DNA of 64,000 bases from Octopus vulgaris (taxonomy: Eukaryota), in NCBI GenBank assembly GCA_951406725.2, contig OX597837.1, positions 46,872,001 through 46,936,000 of the forward strand, in the 5' to 3' direction. The translations under genes and the position numbers were made by a program. Of the stretch, positions 38,096 through 49,329 are shown piece after piece. Every line of letters starts with the position of its first letter. Positions within the stretch are counted from its first letter, which is position 1. A model generated the notes under the pieces. It was not told the origin of the DNA and did not search any database. It saw only the letters and a program-made list of their open reading frames with translations.

Positions 38096-41000
38096 GGTGG
38101 AAGAGGAAGCATGAAGTCCAGAGCACTGAAATCACATTCTTTTCTTTTGATTTATTTAACACTGCATGAAAAAAAAAGTTTAAAAAATAGCAATCTCTAT
38201 ATCATACTTAATGCATATACATCACCGAAAGCCAAAATAACTGTGGTATTTGTCTAGAGATGGTATTTCTTATGAATATACTATATCATTTATGCATTTA
38301 CTAAATCAATATCATAGTTAATTTGGCATTCCATGATGTATTTGCCTTGAGTATGATACATAGATGGCTAATTTATTCTAATGTTGCTTCTGTTGCACAT
38401 AATGAATTTAAAAAGGAATCCTCTCCCTTGTTTATATTAGAAGGAGAAAAATAATCTATATTATGATTGATCTGATAAAACCATCAGTGAAATCTCCCTC
38501 AAATTACACCCTACTATTTAAAACAAGAAAATGAAATGGCACATTGGATAATGAAATCCTGGATATGTTACGTTTGGAAGCACAGCATAGGATGTTCAAG
38601 TTGGAATGTTTTCAATAGTAGGTCTGCTTGATCAGGGCTGATCTAGGATCCAACAACATAACTGACCACCTGGTCTAGGGTTAGATGTCTAGCACAAGAC
38701 GTTTTTTTTTTCATGTCTCAGTTTGTTTAGAGCTAAAGTGCAATATGTATTTTTTTTTATTCAATATCAAATGTTGAAAGAGTGAAATTATAAAAAACAA
38801 ACAACAAAAAGTGAGGCATGGAGAAAAATTCCTTGAAGTTCTGTCTTCCGTCGTTTTAGCCTGGTTACTTAAGGGTATCAAATAATATAGTTGAAGTAGT
38901 TTTCTTTCAGAGAACCTACAACTGGTCAGAGTAAATGACTTTAGAGTTAATGGTTGTAGAAATGATTTGCTCAACATCTTTCTTATGTTTTATCCAAGCT
39001 ACAAGTTTAAATAGGTTTATTCTGTTAGTTGATATATAAATTTATGACACATGTACAGAAATTGAAAAGAAAAGCAGTGGAAGGGAAATGGCTGAGGAGA
39101 TAACATGTTGAATTTCCAGTTCAATGGTTTTGCTATGAAGTTGGCACATTTCATCTTCATCAGATCCTACTGTTTATTTCAACAATGCCCTTAATTCTAG
39201 ATGCTTCAATTTACCTGATTCTCATAGATATTTACCAGGTTATTTGTGAGTGTTAATCAGATAGATCAGAAACCTGACTAGCTTCTCATTTACCTAATTT
39301 TCCATAAAACAGACAGACGCTAAGGTATTGACTATTGAAAGCACCAGACAGTTTAAGAAACCTGTTTTATTTGCAAATACAGTAGACAAAACACAGTTGC
39401 AAAGCCCAGTCACTGCCATCGTCCTTTCTCCCTTTCCACAATATACGCTTCATCATTATTGACCAACAGATAGTCCTATTATGTAAGTGTTTTACCTTCA
39501 CCTATTGCTATGTCACTTATATTCACTTGCACTGCTAGTGTCATTAGCAAAACCGCATGGATATCACAACTTCTGTCAAGTTACTAAGGCAATTCAGCAA
39601 TATGTACATATATATATCAGTCATTATTTGTCATTATTGTTGTTGTTGTTGTGGCAAGCTGGCAGAATTGTTAGCTTGCTGGGCAAAATGTGTGGTGGCA
39701 ATTCCATTGTGTGACAGATTGGACAGGTATTTTCCAGCTTAACTTTGGTTTCACCATTAAGTCGTGAGTGGAATTGGTTGGCTAAAATTCTACACAAGAT
39801 GCTGCTGTTGTTTGTTTGTTTGTTTGCATTGTATTGATTTACATCAGTGAAGGAATAAATATTAACTAGCAAAAACAAAAAAAAAAGAAAACGAAAACCA
39901 GTACATATTGAATGAAGTCCCTTTTGATATTTGTTTTGCTGCAAATTACAGACACTTCCTTGTTATTCCTGCTGTCATAAATGCAGTGGATCAGACATTG
40001 CCCTTAATCAAAGATGCTATTCTCTTGTGTCTGGAGAGAGTCATTCTCTTTTGGTACCTTATAATTTAACACACCAGTAAAATTTCCACTTATTTCTTTT
40101 TTTATTTTTTAAAAATTTTCATTGTGTCTTGCAACCTTTTCAATAGTTTTGACTCTCCCCAGACACAACAGAATATGCTTCAACACACGAAGTCAGATAA
40201 AGAATCTTGAAAACCAAATCCAAAAACGAAATAAAAAAAGATTCTATTGTTCTCTAGTTGCCATAAATAAGCAACGTCACCAGAGATGACAAACTTTAAC
40301 AAATTCCAAAATAAAAATTAAATACCCCCCCCCCCACATAATATCAAAACATTTTGTTAAATTCATTGAATTTTATTTTTTACAGAACACATATCAACAA
40401 TGCTACAAACAGTCTCAGTTCCAGTGCCAAATCTTCTGGGGTCAATAAAAAACCTGCGACACCAAAGAACAGAAATGCTGTGATCAAATGGTTTAAGGAA
40501 GAAGAACGGCCCAAAGAAGTAGGTTTAAATCCTGAAACGAAGAAAGTTGAAGAATGGTTTCATGGTAAAGTCATTCTTTACAGAATACATATTTTTTTTT
40601 AAGGCTGCTGTAGAATATTTCTGCTGTGAAGAATGATTTCTGTTTTGTGATTAGCATGAAAAATCCTGCTCTTAAGAAAAAACAAAACTAAAAACTGGGC
40701 TGAAAGGAATCATTCTGAAACAAAATTATTATTATTGTTTTTTTTGTGTCTTTGGTCAGTAAGTGTTATTCAATATTTGCTTCTATCTAGAAATCAAGGG
40801 AAATTTACTACTATCCCCTTCAAACTTTGCTTTTGTGACCTGGACATCAACGTTTTGAAACTGACCAAATTTTCCTTTACATTTCAAACAGATTCAGAAA
40901 TATCATTATAGCAAATATTCTGCTCAGTACCACAGATTTGTTTACCTGTTGCTTGACCATAACCAGTTGAGCATGTCCCTTAGTGGCTGGCACTATGTGC

Positions 41001-43857
41001 ATCTCTGATCATGAGCAGGAGTAATGGAAGAGCATCATAGCCATGTGTTGAGAGGGATTCTTTGGAGTTTGAATAAATGTAAAAAATGCAAAGTTTGAAG
41101 GAAACATATCAGCTATTTTTCATTCTTTCAAGGGGTCAGCAAAGATGAAATAACAGTTGCTACTCCAAGGACAAAAATCGTGGGGTAAAAGCTGTTGCTT
41201 CTGTGTTACCCCAGATTAGTTTGATTGATTAGATCTCTATTTAAAGAAGTTCCACCCATAACCAATGTTTATGTATACCCAGGACTGTATTATCCAATGT
41301 ATATATCCATTTTTGAAAACAGTCAGGTGTGATTTGAAGGCATTTGGTTGTGATTTCTAGCAAAGTGAGTAGTTGCATTCAGCCTCTCTTGTTGGCTCAC
41401 TTTGGATTATATTTTACTCAAGCAAGCAGAGTTGTCTCTCTTGCTCTGGGCCCCAGCAACTGTAATTTGGTTTGGACTCGTGCTCATAGGGTTAGTACTA
41501 CAACTGGGTGTGATGTAGGAACTAAATAAATAGGTTATGACTAGCGTTTTATTAAATGGTAACTGTAGTCTTATGTGCAGTGATATATATCTATATATCT
41601 TCATCATTTAATGTCTGTTTTCCGTGCTGGCATGGTTTGGACTGTTGGACCAGAGTTGGCAGGCAGGAGAGCTGCACCTGATTTCTGTGCCTGGATGCTG
41701 CCCTTCCTGACTCCAACCACTTCACAGAGCATGATGGGTACCAGCACAGGTGCTCTTATGTGGCACTGGCATGGGTGCTATTATGTAGTGTCAGCATGGG
41801 AATTTTTGACATGGTGCCATCATTGGGTTTTTTTTTTTTACATGGCACCAGCATGGGGCTCTTACAGGCCAAACCTCTTCAGCAGGTGGGGCAGCATTAA
41901 CAATTCTGCTGACCTCTGAATTCTTTGTTATATTTAAAATTAATTGAAAGAAACACAGGGCATCTCAAAATAAATCCGGTAACAAAAGGGTTAATGACCT
42001 CGAGAAAAGCAGCAATGGTATAAGGCTTGAATATCATAAAATATCTTTTCATACTTCTTTAAATTCATGTGTTTTGTGTCTAAATAATTGTAGGTCTCAT
42101 AAGCAGAGCTGAAGCCGAGGAAATCCTGTCTGATCGACCCATTGGTAGTTTCCTAGTGCGAGTTAGTGAAAGAATTTGGGGCTACACAGTATCTTATCAG
42201 TCGGAAGAACGTTGCAAACACTTCTTAATTGATGCATCGGATGGCACATACCATTTCTTTGGCTCCAACTATCAACAATTCAATACTCTTCAAGAAATCC
42301 TTAATTACCATATGGTAAGTTTATTGGAGTTACTTCAGTTTTTGTCTGTTTTTGGAGTGGTGTGAAGGGGGAGGTGTGACTATTAGAATTTACAATAATA
42401 ATAATAGTGGTGGTGGTGGTGGGAATGATGATAATGAGGATGGTAAGTGATGGTAATAATTATCTGTTTTACTATAGGTGCAAGGCCTGAAACTATTGGC
42501 TAGTCACTTACATCGAACCCAGTGCGTAACTGGTATTTATTTCATCAACCCCAGAAGGATGAAAAGCAAAGCTGACCTTGGTGGAATTTGAACTCAGAAC
42601 ATAAGAACAGACAAAATACTGCTAAGCATTTTACCTTGTGTGTAATGATTTAGCCAGCTTGCCACCTCAGTGATGGTAGTTATGATGATGATGCTGGCAG
42701 AGGTAACAATGGTGATGAGGTGGTGTTTGGTTGTTATGGCAATGTTCAGTTTAATATTTACTTCTCCTCTCTGATGAAGTTCCATGATTCAAATTTATAT
42801 AATTAATTAATTACTTACAATAATTATTATTATTATTATTGTGGTGTTTAAATCTGTGAATCAGGCTAACAGAAACAGCTGTACATTGAGATTCTGTCTT
42901 TTTGTAATTAATTAATAAATGATAATTGATGTAAATCAATTATTATTAATCAGTTGTATCTCCATTTTCTGCTTTCTTTGAATATTGATAAACTTAAGTT
43001 TAATTTTGCCATTACCTATCTTTAATGAGCATTAATGCTCTTCATTAAATTAAATATAGATAAAACACCAGTTGATTCACTGGACACAAGTATCCTTTGC
43101 GTATATATGTGTGTGTGTGCATATATATAATGTATATATATGGATGTGTTTATATATTTATACACTAATTCCTCAACTATCGCAGGCGTTTCATTCCAAA
43201 ACCCCTGTGATAGGCGAAAATCCTTGAAGTAGACACAGTACTGTATATTTTTTTAATTATTTAAATAATTTGTATAAATTTATCTTATTATAAATGCGAA
43301 AAAACACCACAAATAAATTGACATAAGCTTTAATAATAAACTGCGATAGGCGAACCGCAATATGGCAACGGGTTACTATATATATATACTAGCAGTATCA
43401 CCCAGCATTGCTCGGGTTTGTAAGGGAAATAACTATATAAGCATTTTTAGAGATGTAAAGTATAATAGCCATCGCAATATGGCTAACCACAAAGGGGTTG
43501 TTACTGTAGCTTTTTATGTTCTGAGAATTAATAATACATTTTTAGAGAGTTACTTCCCTTATATAAACCGAGCGAAAATGCATTAAAAATACGGAAAAAT
43601 TATGGTAAATTTTTTTAAAATCGTAGACTCATTGTAGACGCGCGCTAATACCCAGAAGGGCTCGATATGAATCACAACTATAAAATACCCGGTTTTGGTT
43701 AAACTGCACCGCAAAATGTGGGAGTAGTTAGGAATCTAAATCGTAGGAGACAGACACACAACTTCACTTTTATATATAAAGATATATATATATGCTTGTA
43801 TATGTGTGTATATATATATATATATGATGATAATGATATACAATGTACGCATGTATA

Positions 43858-43902
<45 letters not shown>

Positions 43903-45009
43903 ATGGTGATGATATTTATTTATGTATATATGTGTAATATAGATGTGTATGTATATATATATATATATAGACACACATATACATGGTGTGTTTACTTGCT
44001 GTGAATCAGCAGTTCTGTGAAAGTGACTAATAGCCTAAGTGCCAGGCTTAACAAAAAATAAGTGCTGGGCTTGATTCATTCAACTAATTATTCTCCGAGG
44101 TGGTGCTCCAGCATGGCCACTGTCTAGTGACTAAAGCAAGTAAAAGATATATCACACACACATATATATATATATATATAGTTCAAATTTACAGAAAACA
44201 AAAGATGAAGACAGGTGAGGGATCAAGAATCAGGTGTATTAGTTTGACATTTGGGAAGAATGGAAATCGTTGACATTTCGAGCCTATACTCTTCATCACA
44301 AAGGATTGAGAGAGGAAAAAAAAATGTGTAACAATTAAGAGTTTGAGAGAGAGAGAGAGAGAGAGAGAGATACACACACACACACACGCGCGTGTGTAAA
44401 TATTAGTATAATGTGTAAATATGGTATATATATGTATAAATGTAAAAGAAATATAGATACAATTAGGTATATTATTATCTTACAAAGTTTGGTACTTATG
44501 CTATCAGTCTGTTTTTTTTAAACTGAGGGATGTAAACAAACCAACACAGGTTGTAAAGTGGTAGTGGTGGTGGTGATGGGGGAGACAAACACAAAGCCAT
44601 GCATATACTCAGAACCTCCCCCCTCACACACACACACATCAGTCTTTCAGTTTCTGTCTCTATCAAATTCATTCATAAAGCTTTGGTTGGCCCAGAGCTA
44701 TAGTAGGAGACACTTGCCCAGAGTACCATGCAGTGAGACTGAACCCAAGACCACATAGTTGGAAAACAAGCTTCTTACTCATACAGCCTTGCGCATGCCT
44801 ATTAATATGCATAATGATAAAAAACAATTCTAAAATTTTTTTTTCGTAAATTATAATTGTTTTTCTGTATTTTTTTCTTTCGCATCTTTCAGAAAAACGC
44901 CATAACCCTCGCCGGTCAAGAAATGTTACTCTTCCCCTGCGGACAGAAGGGTCACCCCCCAAACTATGCGGAATTATTTTATGACGAAGTAACAGACGCT
45001 CTTATGTGA
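31273..45009 (+). CDS. SH2D4: SH2 domain-containing protein 4 (SH2D4A/SH2D4B-like), 5'-partial spliced CDS: join(31273..31429,32154..32243,35458..35581,36022..36184,37840..37978,40386..40564,42094..42314,44893..45009)
   Basis: Exon phases chain correctly (1190 nt plus 1 upstream nt = 397 codons including TGA at 45007-45009). Peptides match SH2D4 hallmarks: [95 protein letters not shown]. Confidence 0.93.
31948..32013. repeat. Perfect 26-bp inverted repeat with 14-nt loop
   Basis: cttcaacatttaaatttaatttgtca (31948-31973) and tgacaaattaaatttaaatgttgaag (31988-32013). Confidence 0.9.
32154..32243 (+). CDS. SH2D4: SH2D4-like coding exon (coiled coil, [30 protein letters not shown])
   Basis: Acceptor tttctattcag, donor gtaagt at 32244; phase 2/2, in frame with both neighbours. 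Confidence 0.88.
32349..32580 (+). mobile_element. tRNA-derived SINE family A, young copy (others: 57967-58200 +, 9951-10180 -, 7165-7380 +, 7395-7520 +, 10315-10500 +, 42470-42670 -, 45775-45995 +, 47340-47550 +)
   Basis: A-box-like tggcagaa, B-box gagttcaaattcc, core gcctttcatcctttcggggtcgataaa..agtaccag; multiple near-identical copies. Confidence 0.85.
34045..34460 (-). mobile_element. RTE-clade LINE 3' ORF remnant
   Basis: [12 protein letters not shown]...[18 protein letters not shown], the RTE C-terminal motif. Confidence 0.72.
35458..35581 (+). CDS. SH2D4: SH2D4-like coding exon ([14 protein letters not shown]...LKELQ)
   Basis: Acceptor tttcttacag, donor gtgagt at 35582; phase 2/0. 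Confidence 0.88.
36022..36184 (+). CDS. SH2D4: SH2D4-like coding exon ([10 protein letters not shown]...EATWKEQ)
   Basis: Acceptor atcttag, donor gtgagt at 36185; phase 0/1; ELY..W and W.EQ motifs as in SH2D4. Confidence 0.88.
37840..37978 (+). CDS. SH2D4: SH2D4-like coding exon (EKKSREAE...[10 protein letters not shown]...PPIPPK), ending at an inferred GC donor
   Basis: Acceptor attttag. The next exon needs phase 2, which is met by aa|GCAAGT (37979) but not by caa|GTATGG (37983). Confidence 0.8.
40386..40564 (+). CDS. SH2D4: SH2D4-like coding exon (THINNATNS...[12 protein letters not shown]...EWFHG)
   Basis: Acceptor ttttttacag, donor gtaaag at 40565; conserved pre-SH2 helix and the WFHG start of the SH2 domain. 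Confidence 0.92.
42094..42314 (+). CDS. SH2D4: SH2D4-like SH2 domain exon
   Basis: Acceptor ttgtag, donor gtaagt at 42315; [35 protein letters not shown]...NYHM with an intact FLVR arginine. Confidence 0.95.
42765..42890 (+). ncRNA. Degenerate minimal hammerhead-like motif (probable Penelope pseudo-LTR relic)
   Basis: CTGATGA at 42771, TGATTCA/TGAATCA arms, GAAAC-AGCT-GTA at 42872-42883 with a palindromic loop 3; stem I does not pair. Confidence 0.35.
43160..43380. mobile_element. Tigger/pogo-like MITE
   Basis: Imperfect terminal inverted repeats tacactaattcctcaactatcgc ... gcaatatggcaacgggttactata, in a TA context. Confidence 0.55.
43388..43783. mobile_element. Non-autonomous Helitron/Helentron-like element (similar end at about 59681-59990)
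   Basis: Ends actagcagtatcacccagcattgctcggg (subterminal hairpin) and acagacacac...cttttatatataaagat. Confidence 0.5.
44893..45009 (+). CDS. SH2D4: SH2D4-like last coding exon ([38 protein letters not shown])
   Basis: Acceptor tctttcag after a long pyrimidine tract, phase 0, stop TGA at 45007-45009; matches the SH2D4 C-terminus. Confidence 0.92.
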   Translation, partial: KNAITLAGQEMLLFPCGQKGHPPNYAELFYDEVTDALM

Positions 45010-46000
45010 AGATGTTCGTTATTAATGCCACCATCACTACTACCATTGCCATCACTAACAATCAGCTCTAAGCATCATCACCATCACCATCACCTATTAC
45101 CAATGTTACCATTGTTATCATTGAGCATAGCCATCATCATCATCATCATCATCATCGTCCTTCAAAATAGCTTTGGACGGATGGAATTATAAAAGAAGCT
45201 GGATTAACTACTGCTGTTTGTTTTTGTATCTTTGTATTATATTGAGTTCAAACCAGGATTGACTATTTTTTTCTGATGTTTGGAATATAAATACCAGTAA
45301 TACTTTTGGGTTCATGTAGCAGATTGGTAAACCTTACCAATGTCAGTTTTGTGTTTGATTTTCTGGGGTCGATGAAATAAAGTACCCGTTAAGTATTGCG
45401 ATTAATGAAATTGACTGATGTTGTTGATGTTATATTTAAACTGTTGCAAGCTGTCACCTACAAGAAAGACTTGGTGTGGGAGGAGGTTTCAGGGGGGGGG
45501 GGGGGGGCAACATTTTAGGGAAGAAGGGTTAGGTGTAGTAGTTAGTGCAGAGCTTAAGGTGGGTGCAGGTTGGACACAACATGGGTGACAAGGGGCAGAG
45601 AAATGAGGGAATTAAGAGGGCTTGAATGGAAATAGCATGAAACAAGTCTGAGGAACAGAGGCCATTATAGTAGTAGTATCAGCTGAGCAGTGGAGATGAT
45701 ATATAAATGAATAACTTCTCCCACTAAAATTGCTGGCTTTCTGCCAAAAGAAGAAAAAGGATTATTATTATTAAGGCAGAGAGATGGTGGAATTGGTAGC
45801 ATGCTGGGTGAAATACTTTGCAGTACTTTGTCTGTCTGCATGTTCTGAGTTCAAATTTTGCCAGGGTCAACTTTGCCTTTCATCCTTTCGAGGGTCAATA
45901 AATTAAGTACCAGCGAAACACTGGGGTCCATGTAATCAACCAACCCCTTCACCCAAATTTCACGCCTTGTGCTTTTAGTAGAAAGGATTATTATTATTAA

Positions 46001-47291
46001 AACACCATCTGAAGACCCGGCAAGACTAGTCAGGCCATAACCCGTGGCCCCTACCTGGGACGTAGTCAGTCCGCCTGTGCATACCTTCCTTCTTGTGACA
46101 CTTGTGAAGACCTGTTGAGGCAAGTGATCAAATCAAAACAAATCAAAATAGATGAACATCAATGGAATTTGTATCTTTGTGGTACCAGGGCCGGTGGCAC
46201 ACAAGATAACCATCCGAACATGGCCGTAGCCAGTACCGCATCGACTGGCCTCTGTGCTGTGGGCTCATAACAAACACCATCCGATCGTGGCCGTTCGCCA
46301 GCCTCATCTGGCACCTGTGTCGGTGGCACATAAAAACACCATCCGAAGACCCGGCAAGACTAGTCAGGCCATAACCCGTGGCCTCTACCTGGGACGTAGT
46401 CAGTCCACCTGTGCATACCTTCCTTCTTGTGACACTTGTGAAGACCTGTTGAGACAAATCAAATCAAAGTCAAATCGAATCAAGTCAAAATAGATGAACA
46501 TCAATGGAATTTGTATCTTTGTGGTACCAGTGCCGGTGGCACACAAGAAAACCATCCGAACGTGGCCGTAGCCAGTACCGCATCGACTGGCCTCCGTGCT
46601 GTGGGCACGTAACAAACACCATCCATCTGGCACCTGTGTCGGAGGCACATAAAAACATCATCCGAAGACCCGGCAAGACTAGTCAGGCCATAACCCATGG
46701 CCCCTACCTGGGACGTTGTCAGTTCACCTGTGCATACCTTCCTTCCTTCTTGTGACACTTGTGAAGACCTGTTGAGGCAAGTGAAAATCAAATCAAATCA
46801 AATCAAAATAGATGAACATCAATGGAATTTGTATCTTTGTGGTACCAGTGCCGGTGGCACACAAGAAAACCATCCGAACGTGGCCGTAGCCAGTACCGCA
46901 TCGACTGGCCTCCGTGCTGTGGGCACATAAGAAACACCATCCGATCGTGGCCGTTCGTCAGCCTCGTCTGGCACCTGTGTCGGTGGCACATAAAAACACC
47001 ATCCGAGCGTGGCCGTTCGCCAGCCTCATCTGGCACCTGTGTCGGTGGCACATAAAAACACCATCCGAGCGTGGCCGTTCGCCAGCCTCGTCTGGCACCT
47101 GTGTCGGTGGCACATAAAATCACCCACTACACTCTCGGAGTGGTTGGCGTTAGGAAGGGCATCCAGCTGTAGAAACACTGCCAGATCTGACTGGCCTGGT
47201 GCAGCCTTCAGGCTCCCCAGACCCCAGTTGAACCGTCCAACCCATGCTAGCATGGAAAGCGGACGTTAAATGATGATGATGATGATGATGA
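46001..47291 (+). repeat. Tandem concatemer of RTE LINE 3' UTR: three ~320-340 bp units, then 62-bp subrepeats, terminus and (GAT)n tail
   Basis: Units start at 46001, 46335 and 46654 (aacaccatccgaagacccggcaag); 62-bp subrepeats start at 46995 and 47057; homologous to the ORF end and 3' UTR of the RTE at 53287-53910. Confidence 0.9.
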
Positions 47292-48437
47292 TTATTATTA
47301 TTATTATTATTAGCTATAATGATATAATCATAAGAATGTGAGTTGGCAGAATTGTTAGGATGCCAGGCAAACTGCTCAGTGGCATTTTGTCCGTTTTTAC
47401 ATTCTGAGTTCAAATTCTGCTGGGGTTGACCTTGCCTTTCATCCTTTGGGGTTGATAAAGTAAGTACCAGTTGAATACTGGGGTTGATGTGATCGACTTA
47501 TTCCCTCCCAACAAATTTCAAGCCTTGAGTCTCTAGTAGAAAGGATTATTATTATTATCATTATTATTATTATTATTACCTATTATAACGAGGGTAGTGG
47601 ATTTGGCAGAATCATTTGTGCTTTAGCTAAAATGCCTAGTGGTATTTCTTGTAGTTCTCTATATTTCTGAGTTCAAATCTTGCCAAGGTTAACTTTTCCT
47701 TTCAACCCTCTACGGTTGATAAAATAAAGTACCAGTCAAGTCCTGGAGTCAATATAATCAACTAATTTATTTCCCCTAAATTTCTCACACAGACAACAAT
47801 TATTAGCTCAGCTGGTTTGGCAATTGTGCTGTGGGTTTGAGCTACTTCCTGGTCAGGTTTCAGTTTAATGTAATAAATAAATAAGTAATTATTTATTATT
47901 ATTATTATTATTATCATTGTTATTTTTATTAACATTGGTTCAAATTCCTGAAGGATCACGTTTGTGTTTCATTGTTTTGGTGCCAGTTAAAGGAAATCCA
48001 GTCAATTCAACTAACAGTATTTCTCTCACCAGAAAAAAAAATAAATTAAAAATTTTCTAGTTGGTTCTCTGTAGTTTTGTTTATTGCATGGATTCACTAC
48101 ATAATTGAAGTTTTGGTATGCACACACGCAGAAATACATGCACACACCCACACACACACACATACACACACGTACAAACTTCAGATATTGTAGCTATCTT
48201 GATGACTATTCCAATTGATTTTATCTAATTTTCCATGCTTGTATATGTTGGAAATCATTTTTCGAAATGAAACTTTCTATGCTCTGCTACCCTTCCTGTT
48301 TCCAAGTAAGTAATATTTCTCTGTGACCATTTCCATTGAAGATTGGGTATTAAGGACACCACTTGCATCACAGTGACACTAGTTCACAACTATCACATGA
48401 ATTCAAGGCAAGGAGATAGTCGCCCATGCATATATAT

Positions 48438-48734
48438 CATGTGACCGACCAGACTATCAGATGTTGCTACACATCGCTGGTCACAATGCGCTTCGCATTG
48501 TTTTAGCCTTCAAATGACGCCACCCCGCTGGCTAAGCGAGCAGGCCAACAGAAGAAAGAGTGAGAGAAAGTTGTGGCGAAAGAGTACAGCAGGGATCGCC
48601 ACCACCCCCTGCTGGAGCCTCGTGGAGCTTTAGGTGTTTTCGCTCAATAAACACTCACAACGCCCGGTCTGGGAATCGAAACCGCGATCCTTCGACCACG
48701 AGTCCACTGCCCTAACCACTGGACCATTGCGCCT

Positions 48735-48737
<3 letters not shown>
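48438..48737 (-). mobile_element. tRNA-derived SINE family C (related head at 13490-13785 -)
   Basis: Minus strand tggaggcgcaatggtccagtggttagggcag...ggtttcgattccc has A and B boxes; both copies share the head and core but differ in the 3' part. Confidence 0.75.
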
Positions 48738-48807
<70 letters not shown>

Positions 48808-48856
48808 AAGAAATTAGAATGACAAAGAAATAAGCAATTATCTTATGAACCGCATT

Positions 48857-48937
48857 AGCTTACAGTTGTTTCTGCAATAAGATGTAATGCACTCATAGTT
48901 GAATGCTTGAGTATTGCTCCATGGCTTCATCAGAGCT
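48857..48937 (-). ncRNA. Degenerate minimal type I hammerhead ribozyme motif next to the Penelope remnant
   Basis: Minus strand: AGCU-CUGAUGA-(54 nt containing GCAAUA/UAUUGC)-GAAA-C-AACU-G-UA-AGCU; stem I arms AGCU/AGCU can pair. Confidence 0.5.
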
Positions 48938-49329
48938 TCAAACATGAAATGCAAGTTTATTTGGGAGGGCATTAACAAAATATAAAAACACAAATGTATG
49001 TAGGAAATGAATTTGAGGGGGAGAAACCCCTCCCTTTTTTAGAATAAGATAATTTTAAAATGTGTATAAAGACAGATATATGAAGAATTTCTGTGTAAAG
49101 AAGTAGAAAAAACAAGAATGTAAAAAAGAACAATAAGTCAAAAATATGTCCTTGAAATGGCTACAGAATAACTTACAGGATCCAAAACAATGAGTAAAAG
49201 AGAAAATAGGGTGCAAAAAGAAAGAAAACAGAACAGTGTGTAGGAGGGTCAAATAATGCTTTTCTATATCAAAATCTTTGCCAAAGTGGTACATAATAAA
49301 AATGGATAAGGAAAGAGATAGGCAAAATA

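Noticed and set aside
38037-38114. Separate poly-Asp coding exon
   Set aside because: The acidic run is a (GAT)n microsatellite, probably a retroelement tail; only relevant if the intron is retained.
45492-45507. G16 run as a functional G-quadruplex in the 3' UTR
   Set aside because: Simple homopolymer, error-prone in assemblies, and the extent of the UTR is unknown.
46001-47150. CRISPR array
   Set aside because: Eukaryotic context, no cas genes, and the 'spacers' are homologous to each other and to an RTE LINE 3' UTR.
48660-48737. tRNA gene
   Set aside because: A and B boxes are present but they form the head of a repeated SINE; no convincing cloverleaf or terminator.
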